A stretch of DNA of 64,000 bases from Sedimentisphaerales bacterium (GTDB taxonomy: Bacteria; Planctomycetota; Phycisphaerae; Sedimentisphaerales; SM23-30): NCBI GenBank assembly GCA_963666285.1, contig OY762711.1; one strand, 5' to 3'. A program made the translations under genes and the position numbers. Below, in pieces: positions 40,652-50,302 of the stretch (within the stretch, counting starts at the first letter, position 1; each line of letters starts with the position of its first letter). Below the pieces are notes generated by a model that saw only the letters and a list, made by a program, of their open reading frames with translations, had not been told where the DNA came from and made no database searches.

Positions 40652-40852
40652 ATTCCTTGTCTAATATCCAATACCTGGCAACTAATACGCAAAATAGATC
40701 TTCAAAATAAAACTATCACATATTCAAGCAACCACACTGCAAAACGCATTTTTAGATTTACTCTGATATTATACCATAATTATGTTAAAAGATAATAATC
40801 TATTCAATAAATTTATATGCTTTCCATTACTATCTATTTTTTAACAACTTAC

Positions 40853-42691
40853 CTACTTTTTCGCCTCCACAAGAGCCTTGTCGATATTACCGTAACCTTT
40901 TTCCCACTCATTTAGACGGGTAATATTCTTTTTCTTCGCTATCTCAACAAATCGAACATAAACCTCATCAATAGATTCTGGCATCGGCCACTTGATTCCG
41001 CTCTCGTCTGCCTGCTGCCTCATTTCCTTCCAGCACATCATAAATGCATACATTACCGGCAACTCTGCACATTGCACCCGAAACCGCAGTACAGCATCAT
41101 CACTTACCGATTTTTCTGCCGACTGCAAATAATTCCACGACTTAGCCATAACCTCATACGAAATAAACTTTGATGATGCACCATGCCAGCCAACATTAAC
41201 TTTTGAATTAGCAATACCGGCAAAACAGCCCAGATAGTCACCTGCCTTGGCTGACTCATTATGTATCAATTCAAGATATGCTTTTATATCTTTGCCCGCC
41301 GGCCCATAATACCCCGCCAGAAATTCATCTATCAGCTTCTGGCTGTCAAGACTCGGGTCCCATAGCAGCTTGGCCAGCACCCACGCCCGCAGCTCTGCCA
41401 TCTCTGCCCCGTTTGTTGAATACGCTCCCTGCTCAAATATCCCTTTTGCTCCATGATCGACAAGAAACTTCACATTTGGCCCCAAAACATTCAAATTCGG
41501 ATGCGGTAAGACATGATGCTTGAAATTTGTCACATAATCCCAGATATACAACCGGTCACATATTTTAGACCACCCGATTATATCTTCCTGAAACGCCTTG
41601 TTTCTTTCATGTTCAAATGGCACACCAAAAGAACATTCAATCGAACATAAACGCACAATTACATTTTCTCGGGGCTTTACCAGCTTCGGCGGCTTGCGAG
41701 TATACTGATACGCCAGGGTACTGATTGCCACTTCAGGAAACTCTTCCTCGATATCCTCGGCTACTTTATTAACAAACCGAATCATCGCTCCCGCCTGGCT
41801 GCCTTCTTCGGCATAAATTGCCGAACATTCTGGACAAGTACAATATCCATACCAGTCATTCTGCGAAACTGATGCTATCGTAGCCTCAGGCATACTGCGA
41901 AGCTTCTCCTTAAGGTTCTTAACCAGCTCTTTTCGCATTTGCTCATTTGACAGGCACAGCTGGGCCCTTTCTGTTTTTCGCTTACCCTTAATCTCGCTAA
42001 ACCATTCCGGATGATCCTTAAAATACTTATCCGGTGGTATCAGCGAATAAAATGTATGCACAAAACCACAGTACACATGCTTGCCGCCATGGCGGCTCTC
42101 CAGGCTCGGCCGATGCCCGTTATTCTTATTTCGGGCCGCCCAGTCACCATTAAACGCATCATACCAGTACGGTTCACGATATTCCAGCGGAGGGTTATAT
42201 ACCAAATCATAATCCTTAACAACTATTTCCGGCTTACTGGGAATTGTACTCGCATCTGACGACCACCACCGGCATCCCAGATCATCCAAAAAGGTATATA
42301 CCGCATACAGCGTGCCTCTCGGCGGATCACCTGCCAAAATCAGGTTCCTGCCGTCCGTCTGGATAATTATTCCATCAGTCTCTAGCTCTTCTATTGGCAA
42401 ATCTGGCTTGATCTGCCTGGCCGCCTTCTCGCCAACATAAATATTGACCTTATCAGCATCCGCTTTATCTGACACCTCATATTTCGCTCCCGTTATCTCG
42501 CCTAAATATTTCGCCAGCTCATTCGATGCATACTGATCTGCCTCAGGCGAATCTGCTCCCAACACGATAACTGCACTCCCGCTGCTGCCGCCTATAATAA
42601 TTGCACCACCATCTGATGCCGCTGCATTCCCACAACAGCCATAAACAAACACCGGCACCAAAAACAAAAACCTCAGCATTTTCATTTCCAA
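40853..42691 (-). CDS. DUF4838 domain-containing secreted protein (putative carbohydrate-active enzyme with GH20/GH67-like N-terminal domain)
   Basis: Signal peptide, then RGTLYAVYTFL..LGCRWW, YFKDHPEWFS, QLCLSN, SQNDW.GYC.CPEC, TLAYQYTRKPP, WDYVTNF and WVLAKLLWDP. AGGAG RBS before the TTG start. Confidence 0.8.
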   Translation of the reverse strand: MEMKMLRFLFLVPVFVYGCCGNAAASDGGAIIIGGSSGSAVIVLGADSPEADQYASNELAKYLGEITGAKYEVSDKADADKVNIYVGEKAARQIKPDLPIEELETDGIIIQTDGRNLILAGDPPRGTLYAVYTFLDDLGCRWWSSDASTIPSKPEIVVKDYDLVYNPPLEYREPYWYDAFNGDWAARNKNNGHRPSLESRHGGKHVYCGFVHTFYSLIPPDKYFKDHPEWFSEIKGKRKTERAQLCLSNEQMRKELVKNLKEKLRSMPEATIASVSQNDWYGYCTCPECSAIYAEEGSQAGAMIRFVNKVAEDIEEEFPEVAISTLAYQYTRKPPKLVKPRENVIVRLCSIECSFGVPFEHERNKAFQEDIIGWSKICDRLYIWDYVTNFKHHVLPHPNLNVLGPNVKFLVDHGAKGIFEQGAYSTNGAEMAELRAWVLAKLLWDPSLDSQKLIDEFLAGYYGPAGKDIKAYLELIHNESAKAGDYLGCFAGIANSKVNVGWHGASSKFISYEVMAKSWNYLQSAEKSVSDDAVLRFRVQCAELPVMYAFMMCWKEMRQQADESGIKWPMPESIDEVYVRFVEIAKKKNITRLNEWEKGYGNIDKALVEAKK

Positions 42692-42703
42692 ACTCCTGTA
42701 TTT

Positions 42704-42867
42704 AGGGTACTTCTAGAAATTGCTTTTTGTTGCGAAAGTGAGGAGTTTTGTTTGCTGGCAAGAAAGATAAAATCGTGCATATTGAGCTTTATTCGCGGTT
42801 TTATCTGACGCAAGCCAGAAAGCAAAAGAACCATCTTTCGCTAAAAATAAATTTTTAGAAGTGCCCT
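42704..42867. mobile_element. MITE-like non-autonomous element (164 bp) with ~17-bp terminal inverted repeats
   Basis: Left end AGGGTACTTCTAGAAAT; right end reverse-complements to AGGGCACTTCTAAAAAT. Internal nested inverted segments GCGAAAG/CTTTCGC, CTGGC/GCCAG and AGATAAAA/TTTTATCT. No ORF. Confidence 0.8.
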
Positions 42868-43086
42868 TCAATCATATATCAATACCTGACAACTAACACT
42901 TCTCAAACTGGCCATCGGACAGTTTGAATTATTTATAGAGTCCGTATTATTACCGCATTTGTCAAGAACAAAAGCTGACAGTCATCTTGAAATTATCGTG
43001 AAATAATGTAAAATGTTAAATTCACTCTTTCCTGGATGCAATTGTTGCCCAAATAACAAAAAAAGTATTAAATTAGGAATTTTGCT

Positions 43087-44130
43087 ATGAATATAAAAAA
43101 CATTTTCACCATTATCATACTGTCAACTGCTTTCGCTATCGCCCAGCCAACCACCGCCGACACCAAGCCGATCTCATTATCCTATACAAACCCCGTCTGG
43201 GATGGCTACCTGGCCGATCCTCATGTGATCAATACCGGCGGATTCTATTACGCCTACGGCACCGGAGAAGCCAAAGACGGCAAACAATTCCCTATCCTAA
43301 AGTCAAAAGACTTCCAGACCTGGGAATATGTAGGCGGCGCCATTGAAAAACTTACCTCTCCTGCACTCAAAGACTATTGGGCACCTGAAGTTGCAGAGTG
43401 CAACGGCAAATTTTATCTGTATTATGCCGGTGACATGAAACAGAGAGTCGCCATTTCCGATAGCCCGCAAGGACCGTTCAAAGACACTGGCAAATTGCTA
43501 TTCCCTGATCTGGAATTCTCTATCGACGGCCATCCTTTCAAAGACCCCGTCTCCGGCAAATGGTTCCTTTTCTTCGCCAAAGACTTTTTCGACCAGCGAC
43601 CCGGCACCGCTCTGGCTGTCGTTGAGCTTGCCGACGATATGGTTTCTGTCAAAGGGCCGGTCCATACTGTCATACGTGCTTTTTCTGACTGGCAGATTTA
43701 CCAGCGAAACAGACACTGGTACAACAAAGATTGGCCCGCCTGGCATACCATCGAAGGCCCGGCGGTAATATACAAAGACGGTAAATATTACTGCTTCTAC
43801 TCCGGCGGCAACTGGCAGACTCCAGGCTATGGCGTCGGCTGCGGCATATCTGATTCTATCACCGGACCATACCTCGACAATTGGAGCAAGACCGGCGCAT
43901 CTGTGCTTAGCTCTGGTAGCGGCGACCTGATAGGACCAGGCCACAACTCCGTCATACTTGCACCGGACCGGCAAACATATTTCATCGTTTACCATTCCTG
44001 GAACAAACAACGATCCGCACGACAGATATGCATCGACCCTATCGAATGGACCGAACAAGGCCCCAAAGCCTACAAACCTTCCAGGGGCAAAAAAAACATC
44101 ACCATCCCGCTCAGTAATATAGTAGATTAA
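43087..44130 (+). CDS. Glycoside hydrolase family 43 protein (arabinanase/xylosidase-like five-bladed propeller), secreted
   Basis: Signal peptide, YTNPV...LADPHV, YWAPEV, SIDGHPF, HTIEGP and GPGHNSV motifs. Confidence 0.9.
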   Translation: MNIKNIFTIIILSTAFAIAQPTTADTKPISLSYTNPVWDGYLADPHVINTGGFYYAYGTGEAKDGKQFPILKSKDFQTWEYVGGAIEKLTSPALKDYWAPEVAECNGKFYLYYAGDMKQRVAISDSPQGPFKDTGKLLFPDLEFSIDGHPFKDPVSGKWFLFFAKDFFDQRPGTALAVVELADDMVSVKGPVHTVIRAFSDWQIYQRNRHWYNKDWPAWHTIEGPAVIYKDGKYYCFYSGGNWQTPGYGVGCGISDSITGPYLDNWSKTGASVLSSGSGDLIGPGHNSVILAPDRQTYFIVYHSWNKQRSARQICIDPIEWTEQGPKAYKPSRGKKNITIPLSNIVD

Positions 44131-44174
44131 ACACCACAAACTGATACTTTTTTCGTTATATACCCCTGGGAACG

Positions 44175-44204
44175 CCGAGCTGAATGAAATCCGTCGCAGG
44201 CGAA
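44175..44204. repeat. Short REP-like element, second copy at 49399..49428
   Basis: CCGAGCTGAATGAAATCCGTCGCAGGCGAA aligns ungapped with CCGAGCGAAATGTAATCCGCCTCAGGCGGA (24/30 identical). Confidence 0.6.
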
Positions 44205-44482
44205 TCCTCCTAGATAATTTATACTTAACACCTTGAATCCGCTTAGCGGCACGGTATTCTCATTGAAATCATCGCCTCACACTTTAGTATATATGATTCA
44301 GAGGTGTCATACTTGGTTATATTTACATCATTCTATAGCTCAAACAAAATAGTTTGTATATATATTAAGTGCAAATATTATTATTTATCCAGTTTCAAAA
44401 GCAAACAAATGATATTTACGAAAATATTGAAATATTGTATTTCTTGACATTTTAGCAATATAAGAGTATTAGATATAATAAT

Positions 44483-45172
44483 ATGTTTAAGTTTTTTAAG
44501 AAAAAGAATAATAACAATATGCAAGAATGGGAATACAAGTTGCTTGACAGTGTAGCTTGTATTTTACCTACTAAATACTCGTTTTTAACATTTCAAATTA
44601 ATAAAGAATTTATTTTGGACAGTGTCCCAAACGACTTTTTAGGAAACGGATGGAAGAGAGTCGTTTATAACCACAAGTTATATTCCAGCCTTAAAAATAT
44701 TAAAATTAATTATAAACTTGTTGGGATATTAGTTTATGATTTAGGAATTAATAATTATATAGAAATAGAACTTGATTTATATGAAGGTATTATCATCGGA
44801 TATAAAATTGAAAAAAATAGCAATGTTTTCAACTACGAAAAAATAGATGTCAATAATCTTCGAGAAGTACATTATGCGAATAATGACCGCAAGGAGTTAA
44901 TAAATATTATTGGTGATGTAAATAATGTTGTATTATCTCAATTAGATATTGATGACACCTTTAAGATTGAAATTACTGAAGGAGAATTTTATGTGATTAA
45001 GGATTATGGTGATGGAAATTACCTTTCAATGAATACGCAAGGTGCGGTCTTTGGGATGATACATGATCCTTATGAGGTGGAAATGTTATTTGCAGATAAA
45101 GTTTCTTTTATTAAAGCTATTGAGTCAGGAAATTTTGATTTACTAGGATATTATGACAAAAAAAATTCATAA
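44483..45172 (+). CDS. Hypothetical AT-rich protein; C-terminus resembles SUKH/SMI1-like immunity proteins
   Basis: 229-aa ORF with very AT-rich codons. C-terminal FYVIKDYGDGNYLSMNTQGAVFGMIHDP resembles the SUKH strand pattern (inference). Confidence 0.55.
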   Translation: MFKFFKKKNNNNMQEWEYKLLDSVACILPTKYSFLTFQINKEFILDSVPNDFLGNGWKRVVYNHKLYSSLKNIKINYKLVGILVYDLGINNYIEIELDLYEGIIIGYKIEKNSNVFNYEKIDVNNLREVHYANNDRKELINIIGDVNNVVLSQLDIDDTFKIEITEGEFYVIKDYGDGNYLSMNTQGAVFGMIHDPYEVEMLFADKVSFIKAIESGNFDLLGYYDKKNS

Positions 45173-45244
45173 TATAGATTCTACGATTTGCACAGATGTT
45201 TCCCTGCTGCTGCCGCAGTTGCAGTTTTAAACATTAAATTTCAC

Positions 45245-45832
45245 TTAATTTAATTCAACAGAGCCTTTTAGCCCGATTTCTTCTGCTACTTCACGCATAC
45301 CCGCAATCGTCTCTCGAAACAGTTCGTTCAGCTCCAGCCCCAGCATATCCGCTCCCTTCTGAACGACCTCACGGTTCACGCCGGCTGCAAAGGACTTCTC
45401 CTTCCACTTTTTCCTGACCGACTTGGGTTCCATATCCAGTACCGACCGCGACGGCCTCACCAGCGCATTAGCTGCTATCAGCCCCGTAAGCTCATCCACC
45501 GCATAAAATACCTTTTCCATCTGCTCTTTTGGCTCAACATCCGAACATATCCCCCAGCCATGAGAGACAACCGCACGAATATAGTCGTCCGGCCAGTTAA
45601 GATCATGCAATATTTCAGCCGTCTTGGCACAATGCTCTTCGGGATACTGCTGATAGTCAAGATCATGCACCAGCCCGATCACTCCCCACTTTTCGGCATC
45701 CTCGCCATATTTTACCGCAAAATACCTCATTACCCCTTCCACTGCCAGACCATGCCTCACCAGGCTCTCGTCTGAATTATATTCCTTAAGCAATGCAAAT
45801 GCCTCTTCGCGTGTTGGTACATAATCTGACAT
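45245..45832 (-). CDS. HD-domain (HDIG) metal-dependent phosphohydrolase
   Basis: SLVRHGLAVE, GLVHDLDY, IRAVVSHG and AVDELTGLI motifs, typical of this conserved HD family. Confidence 0.9.
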   Translation of the reverse strand: MSDYVPTREEAFALLKEYNSDESLVRHGLAVEGVMRYFAVKYGEDAEKWGVIGLVHDLDYQQYPEEHCAKTAEILHDLNWPDDYIRAVVSHGWGICSDVEPKEQMEKVFYAVDELTGLIAANALVRPSRSVLDMEPKSVRKKWKEKSFAAGVNREVVQKGADMLGLELNELFRETIAGMREVAEEIGLKGSVELN

Positions 45833-46200
45833 ATCATACTCCGTTAAAATGTATTTCTCTGAAAATTACGTTATTCATAAATATATTCTACTACCATTTC
45901 AATAATAACCGCCTCCCTCAAAACTAGGTTGAGCTTACCAACTTCATCTTTTAATAGAACGGAATATTATAGTTGTCCGCCAACCTTTAATTTCTCTCTT
46001 CCCTACTGTTCACCTGTTCTAGCGATCTTCGACCGCTCCTCCTGCTCTAGCAGCGATTAGCTGCCAGGCAATCCCGGCAAACCAGTATTTTGTTTTTATC
46101 TTTTCAATTTCTATCATAATGTTTCCTTGTTTGTTTATATTTATATATGTTTTTTAATTCGCTTCTCTCTAAATACGCATCTAACACCTTTAATTACTTT

Positions 46201-47217
46201 TTAAATCACTTCCAGCAATCTCTTATATTCAAAAAACTTTTTGTCAAAATATGATTTTGCGGCATTATTCATAATAACTTCTTTATTTATAAAAAAAGTG
46301 CAATGAACTTCATCATCGTTGATATTAAACCTTATATTTCCTTTAGGAAATACTGACATGTCGGTTATATTAATTGGTATGCGAAAATTTTCTTCAACTT
46401 TAACCGTGTAACCTGCTCGGTTTATATAGTCATCAAAATTACTGCATTCAATTAGTTTGTTTATCGCCTCATTAAACGATAAAGTAGAATACTTAACTAT
46501 ATCTTTAAGCGGTGAATTATCTGGATCATTAACAAAAAAATCGATGGTTTTCTTATAATCATCTCCCTGACCGTCCAGGTCTGTCATTATTGCCTTCAGA
46601 ATATGGTCATAAACAGTGGAATCCCAGTCGATGAAATACCGTTGATCCCACAATTGAATATATTCATAAAAATTATCGGCTAAGACAATTTCAGTTGTTT
46701 TGGGGCGATCACAAAACATAACATACCACTCTTTTGGCAACAAATATATTTGCCCAGACAGGCAGTCAATAAACTGCGTTGCGTCATTACATGGTTGATA
46801 TTCCAGCAACGGAAGCCAGTTCTTAGCTTTCTGATACAGTTTTTCAACTAATTCATTATATACTGGATCGTATATGCTTAGATTACTTAAATTATCTTCA
46901 CGAAATTCATTTAAATCATCGTCCCAACGTTCTTTGCTTTCGAAGGTTTCCTCCAAAGTGTCTATCCCACAATAGCCTTTATAGTCGAGCTTTTCAAATT
47001 TAAGAATACAACCGTCAGAAAATTTCGTATAAAAGTCACGAAATGCTCTGGGCAAAGTTAAACAATAGTTTTTCTCATAAAGCTTAACCTGCTTATTTGC
47101 TACAGGAGCTTCAAAGGATTGATAGATCGCTACCCCAGTATTTGAATACCTGTCGATTATTTCAGTAAAAAGTTTACGGTAATTATAATCGGATTTAAAC
47201 ATTTTGACACCTAGCAT
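46201..47217 (-). CDS. SMI1/KNR4 (SUKH) family immunity-like protein with C-terminal extension
   Basis: FEAPVANKQVKLYEKNYCLTLPRAFRDFYTKFSDG and later WLPLL...IDC..GQIY...LADNFYEYI match the SUKH pattern. Located downstream of an Rhs remnant. Confidence 0.75.
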   Translation of the reverse strand: MLGVKMFKSDYNYRKLFTEIIDRYSNTGVAIYQSFEAPVANKQVKLYEKNYCLTLPRAFRDFYTKFSDGCILKFEKLDYKGYCGIDTLEETFESKERWDDDLNEFREDNLSNLSIYDPVYNELVEKLYQKAKNWLPLLEYQPCNDATQFIDCLSGQIYLLPKEWYVMFCDRPKTTEIVLADNFYEYIQLWDQRYFIDWDSTVYDHILKAIMTDLDGQGDDYKKTIDFFVNDPDNSPLKDIVKYSTLSFNEAINKLIECSNFDDYINRAGYTVKVEENFRIPINITDMSVFPKGNIRFNINDDEVHCTFFINKEVIMNNAAKSYFDKKFFEYKRLLEVI

Positions 47218-47226
47218 TAAACCAAC

Positions 47227-47931
47227 CTAAATAACAAGTTTTGACTTTGGATTACTATCATCTGCCAAATCGAATTCCTTTACCCAAAAGTAATATGGAT
47301 TGAAATATGGCTTCAAAACATTGTAAACAATCTCATTAATTATGTATTTGCGGCACCATAAAATCGGGTGTTTTTCTATAAGCTCTACTGACAAGCCCAA
47401 CTTTTCGATGTAAAATTCTTCACTATTATCCATTGCCAAATTGTATTCACTTAAATTATTAAAATTATTTACAATATCCTTATATTTGTAAGATATTATT
47501 TCGAAAAAGCTATCTATCTTGCATTTTAGTCTATTGTTGCCACGAACTTTTTGGGCAAAATTATACGGGATGTAGTCATAACCTTTAATATTTTTAAAAG
47601 AGAAATCATTTTCGCAAAAGGGATATTCAAATAATTTATAATATTCAACTTCATGGTATTTAATATTTGGCAAACCGGATAATTCATCCTTTAGCTTACT
47701 TGATACCACTACATTCATTCTGCCTGGCATAAATATCTCGCCAATATTATATACATTTTTAACCAGTTTAAGCGGTGCAAGAATCTCATCACCTATAACA
47801 TATATTATTTCATTATTATCTATTTTTCCTCTTAAATTATATCCATGATACATTTCGTCATGGAAATCATCAATTGGTTTTGGGTCGGCAAAATCAAATT
47901 TGTCTTTTACTCCAAATATATATACTTTCAT
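47227..47931 (-). CDS. Hypothetical protein, candidate polymorphic-toxin immunity protein
   Basis: 234-aa AT-rich ORF between the Rhs remnant and the SUKH gene. The VVVSSKLKDEL...YIINEIVYNVL pattern is reminiscent of Imm11/Imm43-like proteins (weak). Confidence 0.5.
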   Translation of the reverse strand: MKVYIFGVKDKFDFADPKPIDDFHDEMYHGYNLRGKIDNNEIIYVIGDEILAPLKLVKNVYNIGEIFMPGRMNVVVSSKLKDELSGLPNIKYHEVEYYKLFEYPFCENDFSFKNIKGYDYIPYNFAQKVRGNNRLKCKIDSFFEIISYKYKDIVNNFNNLSEYNLAMDNSEEFYIEKLGLSVELIEKHPILWCRKYIINEIVYNVLKPYFNPYYFWVKEFDLADDSNPKSKLVI

Positions 47932-48028
47932 TACTTAACTCATCTATGCAATTTGGACTATTAAATAACATATTTTAATAAATAGCTAATAACAGAAAAT
48001 ATTATTGCAGTTTTCTTTAGCCATCCTC

Positions 48029-48478
48029 TTATTTATCAATATTATTAATTTTTAAAAAATCAATTGGACTGTTATCCCAAAAATCAAAGCAATCTTCATA
48101 ATCACTCTGCTCAATATCCTTAACATATACATTAAACAAATAAGGAAATACATCAATAAACACTAAATTGATTTTCCCACTTACTGATCTTGTCAGAATG
48201 GACATGCAAGGATAACAAAAGTTACTTACTAATTTTATTATCTTGCTTCCTTTTATTTGACCTTCATTGTCAGCCAAAAGAAGTTTACCTAGCTGTTTTA
48301 AATGAATTTCATATAATTCTAAATTATCATCATCAAATGCAATTAATTCAAAGGCTATTCCATTGGCAAGCTGAACATAAAAATTACATATCGAAATATC
48401 TCCATTATTGTACATAGTTCTAAAGACATGCTTAATGACCTGCCCTTCAATATCGTCTCGAGTAAGGCGTTTCTTCAT
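48029..48478 (-). CDS. Hypothetical protein, candidate immunity protein directly downstream of the Rhs remnant
   Basis: 149-aa AT-rich ORF with GAGG upstream. The immunity call rests on position only. Confidence 0.5.
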   Translation of the reverse strand: MKKRLTRDDIEGQVIKHVFRTMYNNGDISICNFYVQLANGIAFELIAFDDDNLELYEIHLKQLGKLLLADNEGQIKGSKIIKLVSNFCYPCMSILTRSVSGKINLVFIDVFPYLFNVYVKDIEQSDYEDCFDFWDNSPIDFLKINNIDK

Positions 48479-48624
48479 AATAATATTTTTATATACCTCA
48501 GATTAATACTTATTATATTGTTTACAACTAAAAAAACAATCATGCTTAAAAAATGTTGTTAATTGCCATATGATTTAGGTTCTTCTGGACTAATTCTTTA
48601 AAATAAGTGTAATTGATAATTTTC

Positions 48625-49260
48625 TCAACCACCAGGTACCTCTGGTGCATTTCTAAATGTATTAAGTTGCACGGATGCGGCATCTACACTTTCTAGAACA
48701 TCATTCCTGCTAGCCAATCCCAGCGGATCAACTCCATTAACGCCCATGTAGGCGTTGTAGAGGTTAAGTCCGTCGGCGAATTTGCCCGTGCGGCTTCGCA
48801 CCCTGCCGGGTCTTCGCTGAGCCATCGGCCGTGGAGCGGGTCATACTCACGGAAATGGGTGTGGTATAGGCCGGTGAACTGGTCGCGGTACATGCCGCAC
48901 CATCCGAACGGGATGAATTGCGAGCGGCCGAGGTTGAACCATATTTGACTAGATTTCAAATGAAAGTTCGGTCGAGCAGTATGCGAGACAGGTGAGGAAA
49001 TTGCAGTTTCAAATGGAGTCAGAGCATGCTTGACTTGCTCTGTAATGTGCAGGCTTTGCCTGCCCAGTTGAATTGTAATAGAGCTTTTCGATGACATTCC
49101 CGGCACTGTCAGCCACACCGACTATTGTGCCGCGATCATCGCGAATCGGGACATAACCAAATTTCTGGCCCGGGCAGTCCGGATCATCATACCGTTCTAC
49201 CAATGCCAGATCAGTCAAGCCGTGACCATAATAGTAACGGGAGAGGAGCAGATTGTCAAT
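48625..49260 (-). pseudogene. Rhs (RHS repeat-associated core) toxin remnant, frameshifted and truncated
   Basis: Pieces in three frames: SRYYYGHGLTDL...IRDDRGTIVGVADSAGNVIEKLYYNSTG; PFGWCGMYRDQFTGLYHTHFREYDPLHGRWLSEDPAG; FADGLNLYNAYMGVNGVDPLGL, followed by a short truncated C-terminus. Confidence 0.88.
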
Positions 49261-49599
49261 GAGACTATATTTTATGAGTCTCCGATCTATCTACATACGA
49301 GATTAGTATTAAAATCCAGACAAAATCTTTGGACAAACTATCACACCCTAGACGTATAACCAAGTCTTCGGCTCCGCCGACAACAACTTCTGACAACACC
49401 GAGCGAAATGTAATCCGCCTCAGGCGGAGCTCACCACATACTGGCACCAGACAGCCGTCCCCGTTGAAAATCCTGAGCTCGTCGATACCCCTGAGCATAA
49501 AACAACCATCGCACTACCTCCGAGACCTGCCCGCTCAACTTCGCTTATTGTATTCACTTATACATCAACACATAAAAATAGCTTCGCCGCTAGGCGATT

Positions 49600-49668
49600 C
49601 CTTCACATCATTGGACTTGTCCAATGATGTGCCCCAGTGCGCAGCACGAATTTATCTTCCTCCTGTTC
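49600..49668. repeat. ~69-bp direct repeat copy 1 with perfect hairpin
   Basis: CCTTCACATCATTGGAC-TT-GTCCAATGATGTGCC...GTGCGCAGCACGAATTTATCTTCCTCCTGTTC, near-identical to 50234..50302. Confidence 0.9.
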
Positions 49669-49968
49669 TCCTTTTCTCCTGTCAACTATCCAGCGACCTC
49701 CGTCGCTCGGCACGTATTTCCTCTTCACTGGCCGCTGGTCGCTGGTCGCTATTTCGCTGTTTTCTGCCTACCGTGTTTGTCTGTGCCTGTCCGTGACCGT
49801 CAGTGTTACATTCCACAATAACACTTTGCGAGCTTTGCGGCCTCTGCGAGCAACAGTATTTTTTTTCGTGTTCTTTCGTGAATTTCGTGACAATCTTTTT
49901 CAGAATTCTGAATTTAAATTTGCGTAAGCTTTAAAATTAGTCGTGAGCCGCCAGGCGAAAACCATCTT

Positions 49969-50021
49969 TTCAGAATTCAGACTTCAAACTTCAGACTTCA
50001 GATGCCGCTTCGCGGCATCTG
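49969..50021. repeat. Heptamer tandem repeat (TTCA(G/A)A(A/C/T) x5) fused to a perfect 10-bp-stem hairpin
   Basis: TTCAGAA TTCAGAC TTCAAAC TTCAGAC TTCAGAT, overlapping CAGATGCCGC-TTC-GCGGCATCTG. Confidence 0.85.
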
Positions 50022-50233
50022 GTCCGCCCAAAACCCAACAATAACAACTTACGTTAAAATCTAAAAAATCCCCTCCCCGCCGCACACTTTCCAAAACCCG
50101 CCATGAACTCATTCTTATATCCCCGCACCCTTCAATTTCATTCTGTTTTTTAACCCCTCCTTCACCCCACCATTATCATTTATAAATCAATTAACCTCAC
50201 CGAACCCGTTTAAAACAGGTCGCGTAAGCGACA

Positions 50234-50302
50234 CCTTCACATCATTGGACTTGTCCAATGATGTGCCAGAGTGCGAAGCACGAATTTATCTTCCTCCTGT
50301 TC
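50234..50302. repeat. ~69-bp direct repeat copy 2 with perfect hairpin
   Basis: Differs from copy 1 at about 3 positions (CCCCAGTGCGCAGC versus CCAGAGTGCGAAGC). Confidence 0.9.

Noticed and set aside
43422..44139. Minus-strand ORFs of 213 aa and 83 aa opposite GH43
   Set aside because: Antisense shadows of a well-supported gene.
46019..46117. 32-codon minus-strand ORF (MIEIEKIKTKYWFAG...) with AAGGAA upstream
   Set aside because: Too short and unrecognisable. It could be a decayed gene, but cannot be supported without homology.
49265..49927. ORFs 49329..49796, 49265..49498, 49624..49821 and 49637..49927
   Set aside because: They run through the repeat mosaic, have Ser/Pro/Arg-biased translations and lack RBSs, so are probably spurious.
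50038..50053. AATAACAACTTACG and similar A-rich...CTTAC motifs (~2780, ~39570, ~50980) as dif or IHF sites
   Set aside because: Only partial matches to either consensus in AT-rich DNA.
49600..50302. Palindromic direct repeat pair as a CRISPR array
   Set aside because: Only two 69-bp copies ~630 bp apart, no regular repeat-spacer periodicity, and no cas genes.
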